From an uncultured Acidobacteriota bacterium (GTDB taxonomy: Bacteria; Acidobacteriota; Thermoanaerobaculia; Multivoradales; SZUA-115), in the NCBI GenBank assembly GCA_963805975.1, contig CAWDVR010000005.1:64001-128000 (forward strand): a stretch of 64,000 nt of DNA, read 5' to 3'. This document shows positions 8,451-16,134 of this stretch, piece by piece. The notes beneath the pieces are model-generated. The model was not told the DNA's origin. It did not search any database and saw only the letters and a program-made list of their open reading frames with translations. The stretch's first letter is position 1. Every line of letters starts with the position of its first letter. The position numbers were made by a program, and so were the translations under genes.

Positions 8451-8843
8451 TTATCGGTTTCTGTCGGCGATCCTCGTCACTTCGGCACCGTCCCCGGAAC
8501 CGACCTGCATGGTGCAGCGTCCCTCGAACTGCGCCCCGTTCTCGATCACCAGCGCCGGGGTGAGGATCTCCGCGTAGACCTTGCCCGTGGGAGCGATCTG
8601 CACCTTGCGCTCCGCCTGGATCGTGCCGCGCACGGTGCCGGCGACGAAGACCTCGCCGGCGCGGATCTCGCCCTCGACCTCCCCCGCCTCGCCGATGATC
8701 AGGCTGCCATGGGAGGTCACGATGCCGTCGACCCGGCCCTCCACCCGGAAGCTGGTCTCGAACTTGAGCTCGCCCGCGAGATGGCTTCCGCGGTCGACGA
8801 AGCCGTTGAGCTCGCCGCCGGAGCTGTCCGACTTGAACTTCAT
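8451..8843 (-). CDS. bactofilin (polymer-forming cytoskeletal protein)
   Basis: Beta-helix repeats: LAGELKF..SFRVEGRVDG.V...GSLIIGEAGEVEGEI.A..V.VAGTVRGTI.A...V.I...G.V...I.TP.LVIENGAQFEG. Confidence 0.9.
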   Translation of the reverse strand: MKFKSDSSGGELNGFVDRGSHLAGELKFETSFRVEGRVDGIVTSHGSLIIGEAGEVEGEIRAGEVFVAGTVRGTIQAERKVQIAPTGKVYAEILTPALVIENGAQFEGRCTMQVGSGDGAEVTRIADRNR

Positions 8844-8847
8844 GCTC

Positions 8848-9696
8848 TCAACCTTTCTCCATCAGGCGGTCGTAGAGCCTCATCAGCTCTTCCTCCGAGT
8901 GAAAGCGGATGCGGATCTCGCCTCCCCGCCGGCGGCGCTGAATCTCCACCTTGGTCATCAGGCGCTGGGTGAGCTTCTCCTGGGCGGCGGCGGTGTGGGC
9001 GTCGGGAAGGGCTCGCAGCCGTTTCGGGCGCGCGGGCCTCGCGGCCGGGCCGGCGGCCATCTCCTCGAGCTGCCGCGCGGTGAGCCCTTCCTCCACCGCC
9101 CGCTGCGCCAGCCGGACCTGGGCCTCCGGGTCGTCGATCGCGAGCAGCGGCCGGGCCTGGCCCGCCGTCAACCGGCCCTCGCGCAGCAGATCCTGCACCT
9201 CGGCCTGGAGCTTGAGCAGGCGCAAGGCGTTGGCGATCGTGGCGCGGGTCTTTCCGACCTTGAGGCCGATGTCCTCCTGCGAGAGCTGGAAGTCGTCCCG
9301 CAGCATGCGGTACGCCTCGGCCTCTTCGAGCGGGTTGAGGTCGGCGCGCTGGAGGTTCTCGACCAGGGCGAGCTCCAGGAGCTCGCGGTCGCTCTCCACG
9401 CGCCGGACGACGACCGGCACCTCGGCGAGGCCGGCGCGCCGCGCCGCGCGCCAGCGGCGCTCGCCGGCCACGATGGTGTAGTGGCCGTCCGCGTCCGCGG
9501 TGACCACGATCGGCTGCACGACGCCCTGGGCGCGGATCGACTCCGTCAGCTCGGCCAAGTCCGGCTCGGCAAAGTGGCTCCGCGGCTGGCGGCGGTTGGG
9601 CTTCAGCAGGTCGATCGACAGGCTGTTGACCGCCGCCTGCGGCTCGCCGAGGAGCGCGTCGAGCCCACGGCCGAGGCCGCGCTTCTTGGTCGTCAT
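8848..9696 (-). CDS. parB: chromosome partitioning CTPase ParB/Spo0J
   Basis: N-terminal KKRGLGRGLDALL, QPR, GVVQPIVV, IVAGERRWRAA, ENLQRADLNPLEEA, and an HTH. The start ATG 9696 overlaps the parA stop. Confidence 0.95.
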   Translation of the reverse strand: MTTKKRGLGRGLDALLGEPQAAVNSLSIDLLKPNRRQPRSHFAEPDLAELTESIRAQGVVQPIVVTADADGHYTIVAGERRWRAARRAGLAEVPVVVRRVESDRELLELALVENLQRADLNPLEEAEAYRMLRDDFQLSQEDIGLKVGKTRATIANALRLLKLQAEVQDLLREGRLTAGQARPLLAIDDPEAQVRLAQRAVEEGLTARQLEEMAAGPAARPARPKRLRALPDAHTAAAQEKLTQRLMTKVEIQRRRRGGEIRIRFHSEEELMRLYDRLMEKG

Positions 9697-10451
9697 GCCG
9701 CACGCCCCAGGATCTCGCGGCCGAGGGCGAGGTAGGCCTCGGCCCCTCGGCACTTGATGTCGTATTGGATCACCGGCTTGCCGTGGCTCGGAGCTTCCGC
9801 CAGGCGGACGTTTCTGGGGACGATGGTCTTGAACACCTTGTCTCCGAAGTGGCGGCGGATCTCGTCGACGATGTCGCGCGACAGGTTCGTGCGGTCGTCG
9901 TACATGGTGAGCAGGATGCCGGTGATGGTGAGCCGCGGGTTGAGCCCGCTCTGCACCCGCCGCACGGTCGAGACCAGCTCGCTCACGCCCTCGAGCGCGA
10001 AGTACTCGCATTGCAGCGGCACCACCACCCCGTCGGCGGCGGAGAGCGCGCCCACCGTCAGATGGCCCAGCGAAGGCGGGCAGTCCAGCAGGATGTAGTC
10101 GTAGCGCCCGACCACCGACTCGAGGGCGTTCTTCAGGCGCTGCTCCCAGCCCGGATTGCCCACGAACTCCACCTCGACGCCCACCAGGTCGCGATCGGCC
10201 GGAACGAGGTCGAGGTTGGGAAAGACGGTCGCGCGGGCCACGGACTCGAGCGTGCAATCCCCCGACAGCGCGTGGTAGAGGTTCTGGGGTCCGGCCTTCT
10301 CGCCGAGGCCGCGCGTGGCGTTGCCCTGGGGGTCTCCGTCCACCAGCAGCACCTTGCGCTCGAACGCCGCGAGGGCTGCACCCAGGTTGATGGCGGTCGT
10401 GGTCTTGCCGACCCCGCCCTTCTGATTGGCCACTGCCAGAATGGTTCCCAT
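9693..10451 (-). CDS. parA: chromosome partitioning ATPase ParA/Soj
   Basis: ANQKGGVGKTTT, DPQGNAT, DCPPSLG, PLQCEYFALEG, RNVRLAEAPSHG. Confidence 0.97.
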   Translation of the reverse strand: MGTILAVANQKGGVGKTTTAINLGAALAAFERKVLLVDGDPQGNATRGLGEKAGPQNLYHALSGDCTLESVARATVFPNLDLVPADRDLVGVEVEFVGNPGWEQRLKNALESVVGRYDYILLDCPPSLGHLTVGALSAADGVVVPLQCEYFALEGVSELVSTVRRVQSGLNPRLTITGILLTMYDDRTNLSRDIVDEIRRHFGDKVFKTIVPRNVRLAEAPSHGKPVIQYDIKCRGAEAYLALGREILGRAA

Positions 10452-10464
10452 CCCGTCGTCCGCC

Positions 10465-11109
10465 TCAGTTCGTTCTTCGGCGCAGTTCCACGATACGTCG
10501 CCGGCTGGAGCCAGGGATACGGACCTCCGTTCCCAGTTCGAAGCCCTGCGGAGGCTCTGGCGCCTCCTCTCCCACCCAGAAGAGCATGCGGCCGTCGCGG
10601 GAGAGACGCTCTCCGAGAGCGGAGAGCAGCTCGGCAGGGAGCTTGAGCGCCCGCGCGGTCACGAGGTCGATCGTCGGCGCGAGATCGGCGGGCAGCGAGG
10701 TGCCGACTCTAACATTGAGGCATCGACAGTCCAACGCCGCCTTACGGGCGGCGGCCTCGAGAAAAGCCCACTTGCGCTGCCGAGCTTCGATCAAAGTCAC
10801 TCGCGCTCCGGGCAGGGCCGCGGCGAGCACCAGCCCCGGAAAGCCGGCGCCGCTGCCCAGGTCGACGATCTCCCGGCACGCCGGCTGGACGAGGGGCAAG
10901 GCGGCCAGGGACTCCCCGTAGTGCCGTGCCAAGACTTCGTCGATCGTGCCGGGACCGATGAGTGACAACGAGCGATTCCAGCGTCTCAGTTCCTGGTAGT
11001 GAGCATGGAGTGCTTCGAGAGCCTGGCCGCTCAACGAGACCGGGCTCGAAGCCGAGATCTGACGGGCGAAGGGGCGGAGATCGAGATCTGGAAGATCGTG
11101 ACGGGGCAT
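10465..11109 (-). CDS. rsmG: 16S rRNA m7G527 methyltransferase
   Basis: WNRSLSL, RHYGESL, DLGSGAGFPG, LIEARQRKWAFL, TARA. Canonical position upstream of parA. Start set at ATG 11109. Confidence 0.88.
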   Translation of the reverse strand: MPRHDLPDLDLRPFARQISASSPVSLSGQALEALHAHYQELRRWNRSLSLIGPGTIDEVLARHYGESLAALPLVQPACREIVDLGSGAGFPGLVLAAALPGARVTLIEARQRKWAFLEAAARKAALDCRCLNVRVGTSLPADLAPTIDLVTARALKLPAELLSALGERLSRDGRMLFWVGEEAPEPPQGFELGTEVRIPGSSRRRIVELRRRTN

Positions 11110-11173
11110 TTGAGGATCGACCGAAGCCAACGCTATTACAAAAGCTCGACAAGAGGCAGCTCGACAAGAGGGA

Positions 11174-11202
11174 CGTTTCACGCGAAACTCCACGGTGAAA
11201 CA
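11174..11202. promoter_or_regulatory. parS-like site plus extra half-site (copy 1)
   Basis: CGTTTCACGCGAAACT (11174-11189) versus consensus TGTTTCACGTGAAACA, followed by GTGAAACA at 11195-11202. Confidence 0.75.
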
Positions 11203-11230
11203 GCGCTCGATCCGGAGTCCTCGGCGTGCA

Positions 11231-11259
11231 CGTTTCACGGGAAACCCTACGGTGAAACA
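11231..11259. promoter_or_regulatory. parS-like site plus extra half-site (copy 2)
   Basis: CGTTTCACGGGAAACC (11231-11246) followed by GTGAAACA at 11252-11259. It lies 57 bp from copy 1. Confidence 0.75.
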
Positions 11260-11599
11260 ACCCCAGAACCCGGCGGACCTCTCCCTCTTCGACGCCGGAT
11301 TCTTCATTGGCATCCTGGTTGGAGAGGGGCATTTCGGTGGAGATGGGAAGCAACCGCAGCTCACCCTGCGGATGCACGTGGATCACGAGCCGCTGTTTCG
11401 CTGGCTCGAAAGAACCTTCCCCGGCGGAAAGCTCTACGGCCCCTACGATCACGGCGGCCGGCACTACTTTCAGTGGATGGCCCGCGGCGCCTATCTGAAG
11501 GAGGTCTTGGTGCCGCTGCTCGACCAGCACCTCACTCCCGACCTCGACGCCAAGGCGTGCTCCCGCTACCGGGAGATGAAGGAGAAGTACCGCCTCTGA
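11252..11599 (+). CDS. free-standing single-motif LAGLIDADG-fold protein
   Basis: FFIGILVGEGHF matches the LAGLIDADG helix. Downstream QLTLRM..HEPLFRWLERTFPGGKLY and YFQWMARG.YLKEVLVPLLDQH follow the alpha-beta-beta-alpha-beta-beta-alpha pattern. GTG start at 11252 (or 11195). Confidence 0.75.
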   Translation: MKQPQNPADLSLFDAGFFIGILVGEGHFGGDGKQPQLTLRMHVDHEPLFRWLERTFPGGKLYGPYDHGGRHYFQWMARGAYLKEVLVPLLDQHLTPDLDAKACSRYREMKEKYRL

Positions 11600-12541
11600 C
11601 TAGGTGTTGGTGCTCAAGAGGTTGTTCACCCTGGAGAGGGGTGGTAGTCCGCCCAAGGCGGAATGGGGTCGATGTTGATTGTAGAAGTGGAGCCATCTGG
11701 GCAGCATCTGGGTTCGGTCCAAGGAGCTCGGGTAGGGGCGGCCGTAGGCCCATTCTCGCAAGGCGGTTTGGATGAAGCGTTCGGCCTTGCCGTTGGTTCG
11801 AGGTCGATAGGGCCGGGTGCGGCTGTGGCGTAGTCCTGCTTGTTGGCAGTTTCGGGCGAAGAGGTGAGAGCGGTAGGCCGAGCCGTTGTCGGTGAGCAGA
11901 CGTCGGATCGGTACGCCGAGCTGGTCAAACCAGGCTACAGAGCGCTGTAGGAAAGAGGCTGTGGTTTCGGCCCGTTCATCGGGCAGGATCTCGACGTAGG
12001 CGAGTCGGCTGAAATCGTCGATGGCGACGTGGGCAAACTCCCAGCCCACTCCCCGAGCGCGCTTGTTGCGTTGGCCGGTGATGCGATGGCCGATTCCGTC
12101 GATCTTGCCGAGTTTCTTGATGTCGAGGTGCAGCAGGTCGCCAGGAGCCTCCCGCTCATAGCGCACCACAGGGACTGGGGGTTCCAGGTCGCGGAGCCGC
12201 GACAGGCCGTGCCGCCGAAGGATACGGCCTATGGTAGCTCGCGACAGACCCAGAGATCGGGCCAGGGCCAGAGCGCACAGACGGTGCTTCCGGCGTAGAT
12301 CCAAGACCTTCTGCTCTTGCAAGGCCGGCAGACGATGAGGCGAGCGGCAGGGGCGCGAGGAGCGATCCAGGAGGCCGGCTTCGCCCTCGAGACGGTAGCG
12401 CTGGAGCCACTTGGCTACCGTACGCACCGACAGGCCGAGGGCTTCTGCCGCCTGACGGCGGCTCCAGCCCTCGGCCTCCACCCGCTCAATCAGCAGGGCT
12501 CGACTTTCGGGGGTCGTTTTTGCTCTTCTATGGATGTTCAC
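11600..12541 (-). CDS. IS481-family DDE transposase
   Basis: HLDIKKLG (D), LTDNGSAY (D), PRTNGKAERF (E), YN..RPHSAL. The stop codon is supplied by the target CTAG. Confidence 0.95.
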   Translation of the reverse strand: MNIHRRAKTTPESRALLIERVEAEGWSRRQAAEALGLSVRTVAKWLQRYRLEGEAGLLDRSSRPCRSPHRLPALQEQKVLDLRRKHRLCALALARSLGLSRATIGRILRRHGLSRLRDLEPPVPVVRYEREAPGDLLHLDIKKLGKIDGIGHRITGQRNKRARGVGWEFAHVAIDDFSRLAYVEILPDERAETTASFLQRSVAWFDQLGVPIRRLLTDNGSAYRSHLFARNCQQAGLRHSRTRPYRPRTNGKAERFIQTALREWAYGRPYPSSLDRTQMLPRWLHFYNQHRPHSALGGLPPLSRVNNLLSTNT

Positions 12542-12626
12542 CCGGGGAGCCTCCGTGGGATGCCAGGTCTTCGACAAACCCAGCTTCCCACAGCTGCCCG
12601 GGTGAACAACCTCCTGAGCACTCACA
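11605..12626 (-). mobile_element. IS481-family insertion sequence (1022 bp)
   Basis: 27-bp imperfect terminal IRs TGTTGGTGCTCAAGAGGTTGTTCACCC / TGTGAGTGCTCAGGAGGTTGTTCACCC. A 6-bp target duplication ACTAGG lies at 11599-11604 and 12627-12632 (NCTAGN target). Confidence 0.95.
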
Positions 12627-12627
12627 A

Positions 12628-13488
12628 CTAGGCCGGAAGGACGGTGACCCGCTTGAAGTACCCGTCGCCCTCGCTCTCCGTCCGCACGCCAGGCTGATCG
12701 GCCAGGGTGAGGTGGACGATGCGGCGCTCCGCGGGGCTCATGGCCTGGAGGCGGACCGGCTGGCGGGTGTCGCGCACCGACGCGGCGGTCTCCAGGGCCA
12801 GGCGGAGAAGCTCCTGCTCGTGACTCTCGCGAAAGCCGTCGGTATCCACGTGGCAGTGCAGGCTCTCGCCTTCGACGCGCGCCAGCACGCGCTGGAGCAG
12901 GTGCTCGATGGCGCGCAGCAGCTCCGCCTCGTCGTCGAGCAGCAGCTCGCGGTCCGGGCCCGAGAGGTTGATCCGTACCTCCCCACCCTCCATCCGCACG
13001 TCGTACACGAGCTCCAGGCCGGCCAGGCGAAGGACGAGCTCGAGCGTGCTGCGGGTCCGACCGACGATCGCGGCCGGGGTATCGGCCGAGGGCGAGGGAG
13101 GAGGCTCGCTCGCCACGGGGGGCGCAGGGGGGACGGTCGGGTACGCCGGAGTGAGGCGCGGTGCCTCGCGAGGAGGAGGTGCCGCCTGCCGCGGGGCCGC
13201 CGGGGCGGGGAAAGGCTCCTGCTCGCCCGCGCGAGGGAGTGCGGCGCCTGGCGCCGTGGGAGGTAGAGCAGCTTTGGGAGTCTCGGCCGCCGCCGGGGCC
13301 TGCTGCTTGCCCGGGCTCGCGGGATCGATGTCGAGCACCACGCGCCGCGGGAACCGCAAGAAGCCGTGACGCTTCTCCACCAGGCGATACGCGATGCTCC
13401 CCGGCTCCATCCGGTGGTAGCGCGCCGCCAGCACCAGCGCCTGCTCGATCGAGTTGCCTGCGAAAAACCGTCGCTTGCGAACGTTCAT
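12628..13488 (-). CDS. jag: Jag/EloR/KhpB RNA-binding protein (Jag_N - linker - KH - R3H)
   Basis: N-terminal FAGNSIEQAL...KRHGFL and C-terminal R3H MSPAERRIVH...TESEGDG..KRV. Located downstream of yidC. Confidence 0.88.
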   Translation of the reverse strand: MNVRKRRFFAGNSIEQALVLAARYHRMEPGSIAYRLVEKRHGFLRFPRRVVLDIDPASPGKQQAPAAAETPKAALPPTAPGAALPRAGEQEPFPAPAAPRQAAPPPREAPRLTPAYPTVPPAPPVASEPPPSPSADTPAAIVGRTRSTLELVLRLAGLELVYDVRMEGGEVRINLSGPDRELLLDDEAELLRAIEHLLQRVLARVEGESLHCHVDTDGFRESHEQELLRLALETAASVRDTRQPVRLQAMSPAERRIVHLTLADQPGVRTESEGDGYFKRVTVLPA

Positions 13489-13496
13489 TCCTCGCC

Positions 13497-15221
13497 TCAG
13501 GTCGCCTTGACCGCTCCGGCCTTGCCCGCCGCGGAGAGCGGCCGCTTCTTCAGCCGGTTGTAGACCGTCTGCTGGATGATCGAGAGCACGTTGTTGGTCA
13601 GCCAGTAGAGAACCAGGCCGCTGGGAAAGCCCACGAAGAGGACGGTGAAGACCAGCGGCATGGCCATCATCATCTTCCGCTGCGCCGGGTTGCCGATGGC
13701 CGGCATCATCATCTGCTGCGCGAACTGCGTCGCTCCCATGACGATGGGCAACACGTAGTACGGGTCGTGAGCCGAGAGGTCGTGGATCCACAGGATCCAG
13801 GGCGCATGCCGCAGCTCCACCGAGGCGGGCAGGATGTTGTAGAAGGCGATGAACACGGGAAGCTGCATGAGGATCGGCAGGCAGCCGCCCATGGGGTTGA
13901 CGCCCTCGCTCTTGTAGAGGGCCATCATCTCTTCGTTCATCTTGCGCTGCGTCTCGAGGTTCGGTCGCCCCTGCTTGTCCTTCATCTTGCCGGCGTACTT
14001 GCTCCGCACCACCTGCATCTTGGGGTTCAGCCCCTGCATCTTCGCGGCCGAGACCATGCTGGTGTGGGTGAGCGGCAGGAGCACGATCTTGATCAGCGTG
14101 GTCATCAGCACGATCGCCCAGCCGTAATTGCTGACCACGTTGTGGTAGATCCACTGCAGGCCGAACATCAGGGGCAGGGCGAGGAAGCGGAACCAGCCGA
14201 GCTCGATCGTGCGGTCGAGATCCTGGCCGAGCTGAGCGAGGCGGGCGTATTGCTTGGCTCCGAAGTAGGCCGCGGCCTCGAGGCGCTCCGCCTCCGGCTC
14301 GAGGAGGACCAGGAAGTCCCGCTTGAGCCCCTTCTGGTCCTTGCTCAGTTGGGATTCCGGCGGCAAGGGGCTGTAGCGCGCCACACCGGTGGCCTGATCC
14401 GGCTGGACGAGCACCGGCAGGAGACGCATCTGCTGCAGCGGTGTCGACGGCAGGAGGACCGAGAGGAAGTAGTTGTCGTCGAGACCGACCCAGGAGAGGC
14501 CGCCGCCCGGCAACGTCGTCGGCTCCTCGGCCTTCCCCGCATCCAGGCGCTCCACCTCGCCGTTCGCGCGGTAGACCGCGCGGCGTACGGCGAGCTTCGC
14601 CGAGGATTCCTCGCTCGAAGGGTTGCCGAGCCCCGGGCCCAGGAGCAGGCTCCAGTTGCCAACCCGCACAGCCTGCACCGAGACGTCGAACTGGCCGCCC
14701 TCGCCGAAGGAGAAGCGCTTCTCGACCTCACCGGCCGGTCCCCGGTAGCGGAAGGTGAGCGCCTTCGCGGCAGCGTCCTCTTCCACGACGAACAGGGCGT
14801 CGTTGACGGCCAGGGACTTGCCGTCCGCGCCGGTGAGTGCAAAGGGGTACGGCCCGTCCGCCCGCGCTCGAACCAGGTCGAGCACCTCGCCGGTGCCGGT
14901 GGTGTGCTCCTTCAACTGGAATGAGACGAGCTGCGCGCCGCGGTTGGTGAACTCGGCCACGGCGGTCACCGTCTCGAGGCGGAACCGCTGCTCGTCACCA
15001 GCCGTCACCACCGGCGAGGAAGCCTCGATCTCGGGGCCTGCCGGCACGATTTGCTCGCTGGCGGCGGCCGGGGCGTCGCTTGCCGGGGCCGGCGATGTGC
15101 CCGTGACCTCCGCCGGCGCTGTCGCTCCGGGTTGGGTTTTTTTCGGCGCCAGAAAGCGCCCCCAGAGCAGGAGCACGGCGATCGACAGCACCACGGCGAG
15201 GAGCAACCGGCGATTTTCCAC
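13497..15221 (-). CDS. yidC: membrane protein insertase YidC
   Basis: NYGWAIVLMT, NPMGGCLPILMQLPVF, WIHDLS..DPYYVLP, PSGLVLYWLTNN. Confidence 0.96.
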   Translation of the reverse strand: MENRRLLLAVVLSIAVLLLWGRFLAPKKTQPGATAPAEVTGTSPAPASDAPAAASEQIVPAGPEIEASSPVVTAGDEQRFRLETVTAVAEFTNRGAQLVSFQLKEHTTGTGEVLDLVRARADGPYPFALTGADGKSLAVNDALFVVEEDAAAKALTFRYRGPAGEVEKRFSFGEGGQFDVSVQAVRVGNWSLLLGPGLGNPSSEESSAKLAVRRAVYRANGEVERLDAGKAEEPTTLPGGGLSWVGLDDNYFLSVLLPSTPLQQMRLLPVLVQPDQATGVARYSPLPPESQLSKDQKGLKRDFLVLLEPEAERLEAAAYFGAKQYARLAQLGQDLDRTIELGWFRFLALPLMFGLQWIYHNVVSNYGWAIVLMTTLIKIVLLPLTHTSMVSAAKMQGLNPKMQVVRSKYAGKMKDKQGRPNLETQRKMNEEMMALYKSEGVNPMGGCLPILMQLPVFIAFYNILPASVELRHAPWILWIHDLSAHDPYYVLPIVMGATQFAQQMMMPAIGNPAQRKMMMAMPLVFTVLFVGFPSGLVLYWLTNNVLSIIQQTVYNRLKKRPLSAAGKAGAVKAT

Positions 15222-15260
15222 GACTGGGATCTTCCTCTTACGAATTACGAATGAATGGGA

Positions 15261-15467
15261 TCAGGGTACGTCGATACCGCCGGGGTGGAAGGGATGACAA
15301 CGCAGGAGCCGGCCCACCGCCATCACCCCGCCGCGCATCGCGCCGTGCTTACGGATGGCGAGGCTCGCGTATTCGGAGCAGCTCGGCGCAAAGCGGCAGG
15401 CGCGCGGCAGGAGCGGTGACAGCCAACGCTTGTAGAGGGCCAGCATTTCGCGTAGGAGTCGGCTCAT
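15261..15467 (-). CDS. yidD: membrane protein insertion efficiency factor
   Basis: YKRWLSP...[16 protein letters not shown]...G.....[13 protein letters not shown]. Confidence 0.93.
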   Translation of the reverse strand: MSRLLREMLALYKRWLSPLLPRACRFAPSCSEYASLAIRKHGAMRGGVMAVGRLLRCHPFHPGGIDVP

Positions 15468-15871
15468 CGCTCGGCCCGCGAGCCGGGAAGCAGCCTCGTC
15501 AATACTGTTGCCAGCTCGGTCGAGATCTCGGCAAAACGCCCCTTGGCCGAGGTCGGCTTGAGGTGGACGACCACGTCGACTCCCGGCAAGCGGCTGCGCT
15601 CGCTCCAACGGCGATAGATCTCGCGCACCCGGCGCTTCAAGAGCTGGCGCACCACGGCACCTCCGACCTTGCGGCTGGCCGTGATGCCGAGACGCGGGTG
15701 CGGAAGCTGGTTGGGTGCGAAGTGCAGGGTCAGTAAAGAACCGTGCAGGCGGCGCCCCCGCTGGTAGCACCTCTGATAGTCGACCCGGCGCCGCAATCTG
15801 TGCTCCGGGGCCAGGCCCTCGCTGCCGCGGACGGCGGCAACCGACGGCTCCGGCCCGAGCGCATCAGACAC
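15464..15871 (-). CDS. rnpA: ribonuclease P protein component
   Basis: [30 protein letters not shown]. The GTG start overlaps the end of rpmH. Confidence 0.9.
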   Translation of the reverse strand: MSDALGPEPSVAAVRGSEGLAPEHRLRRRVDYQRCYQRGRRLHGSLLTLHFAPNQLPHPRLGITASRKVGGAVVRQLLKRRVREIYRRWSERSRLPGVDVVVHLKPTSAKGRFAEISTELATVLTRLLPGSRAER

Positions 15872-15998
15872 TGAGCCGCTTGCGGCCCTTGCGGCGGCGG
15901 GCGGAGAGCACCGCGCGGCCTTGGCGGGTACGCATGCGGACGAGGAAGCCATGGGTCCGCTTGCGCCGGCGGTTGTTCGGCTGAAAAGTTCTCTTCAC
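15864..15998 (-). CDS. rpmH: 50S ribosomal protein L34 (44 aa, below the ORF-track cutoff)
   Basis: Manual translation: [44 protein letters not shown]. Confidence 0.97.
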   Translation of the reverse strand: MKRTFQPNNRRRKRTHGFLVRMRTRQGRAVLSARRRKGRKRLSV

Positions 15999-16134
15999 GG
16001 TCGTCTGCCTTCTATACTCGAGGTCATCGGGGTGCTCGCGGGCAAGCCTCAGGCTGCCGCACGACGCGGGTCGCGAACGAATCTCGTAGGTTATTCGAGT
16101 ACGGTCCTGGGGTCAAACACCTCCCTCCCCGAAG

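Noticed and set aside
11175-11258. Mini-CRISPR reading of two GTTTCA...TGAAAC repeats with a 30-bp spacer
   Set aside because: There are only two imperfect units and no cas genes in the window. Each unit contains a parS-like core and lies beside parAB, so a parS origin is more parsimonious.
11110-11604. Group I intron or intein hosting the LAGLIDADG ORF
   Set aside because: The flanking genes rsmG and jag are complete, there is no interrupted host gene, no room for a ribozyme core and no intein splice motifs.
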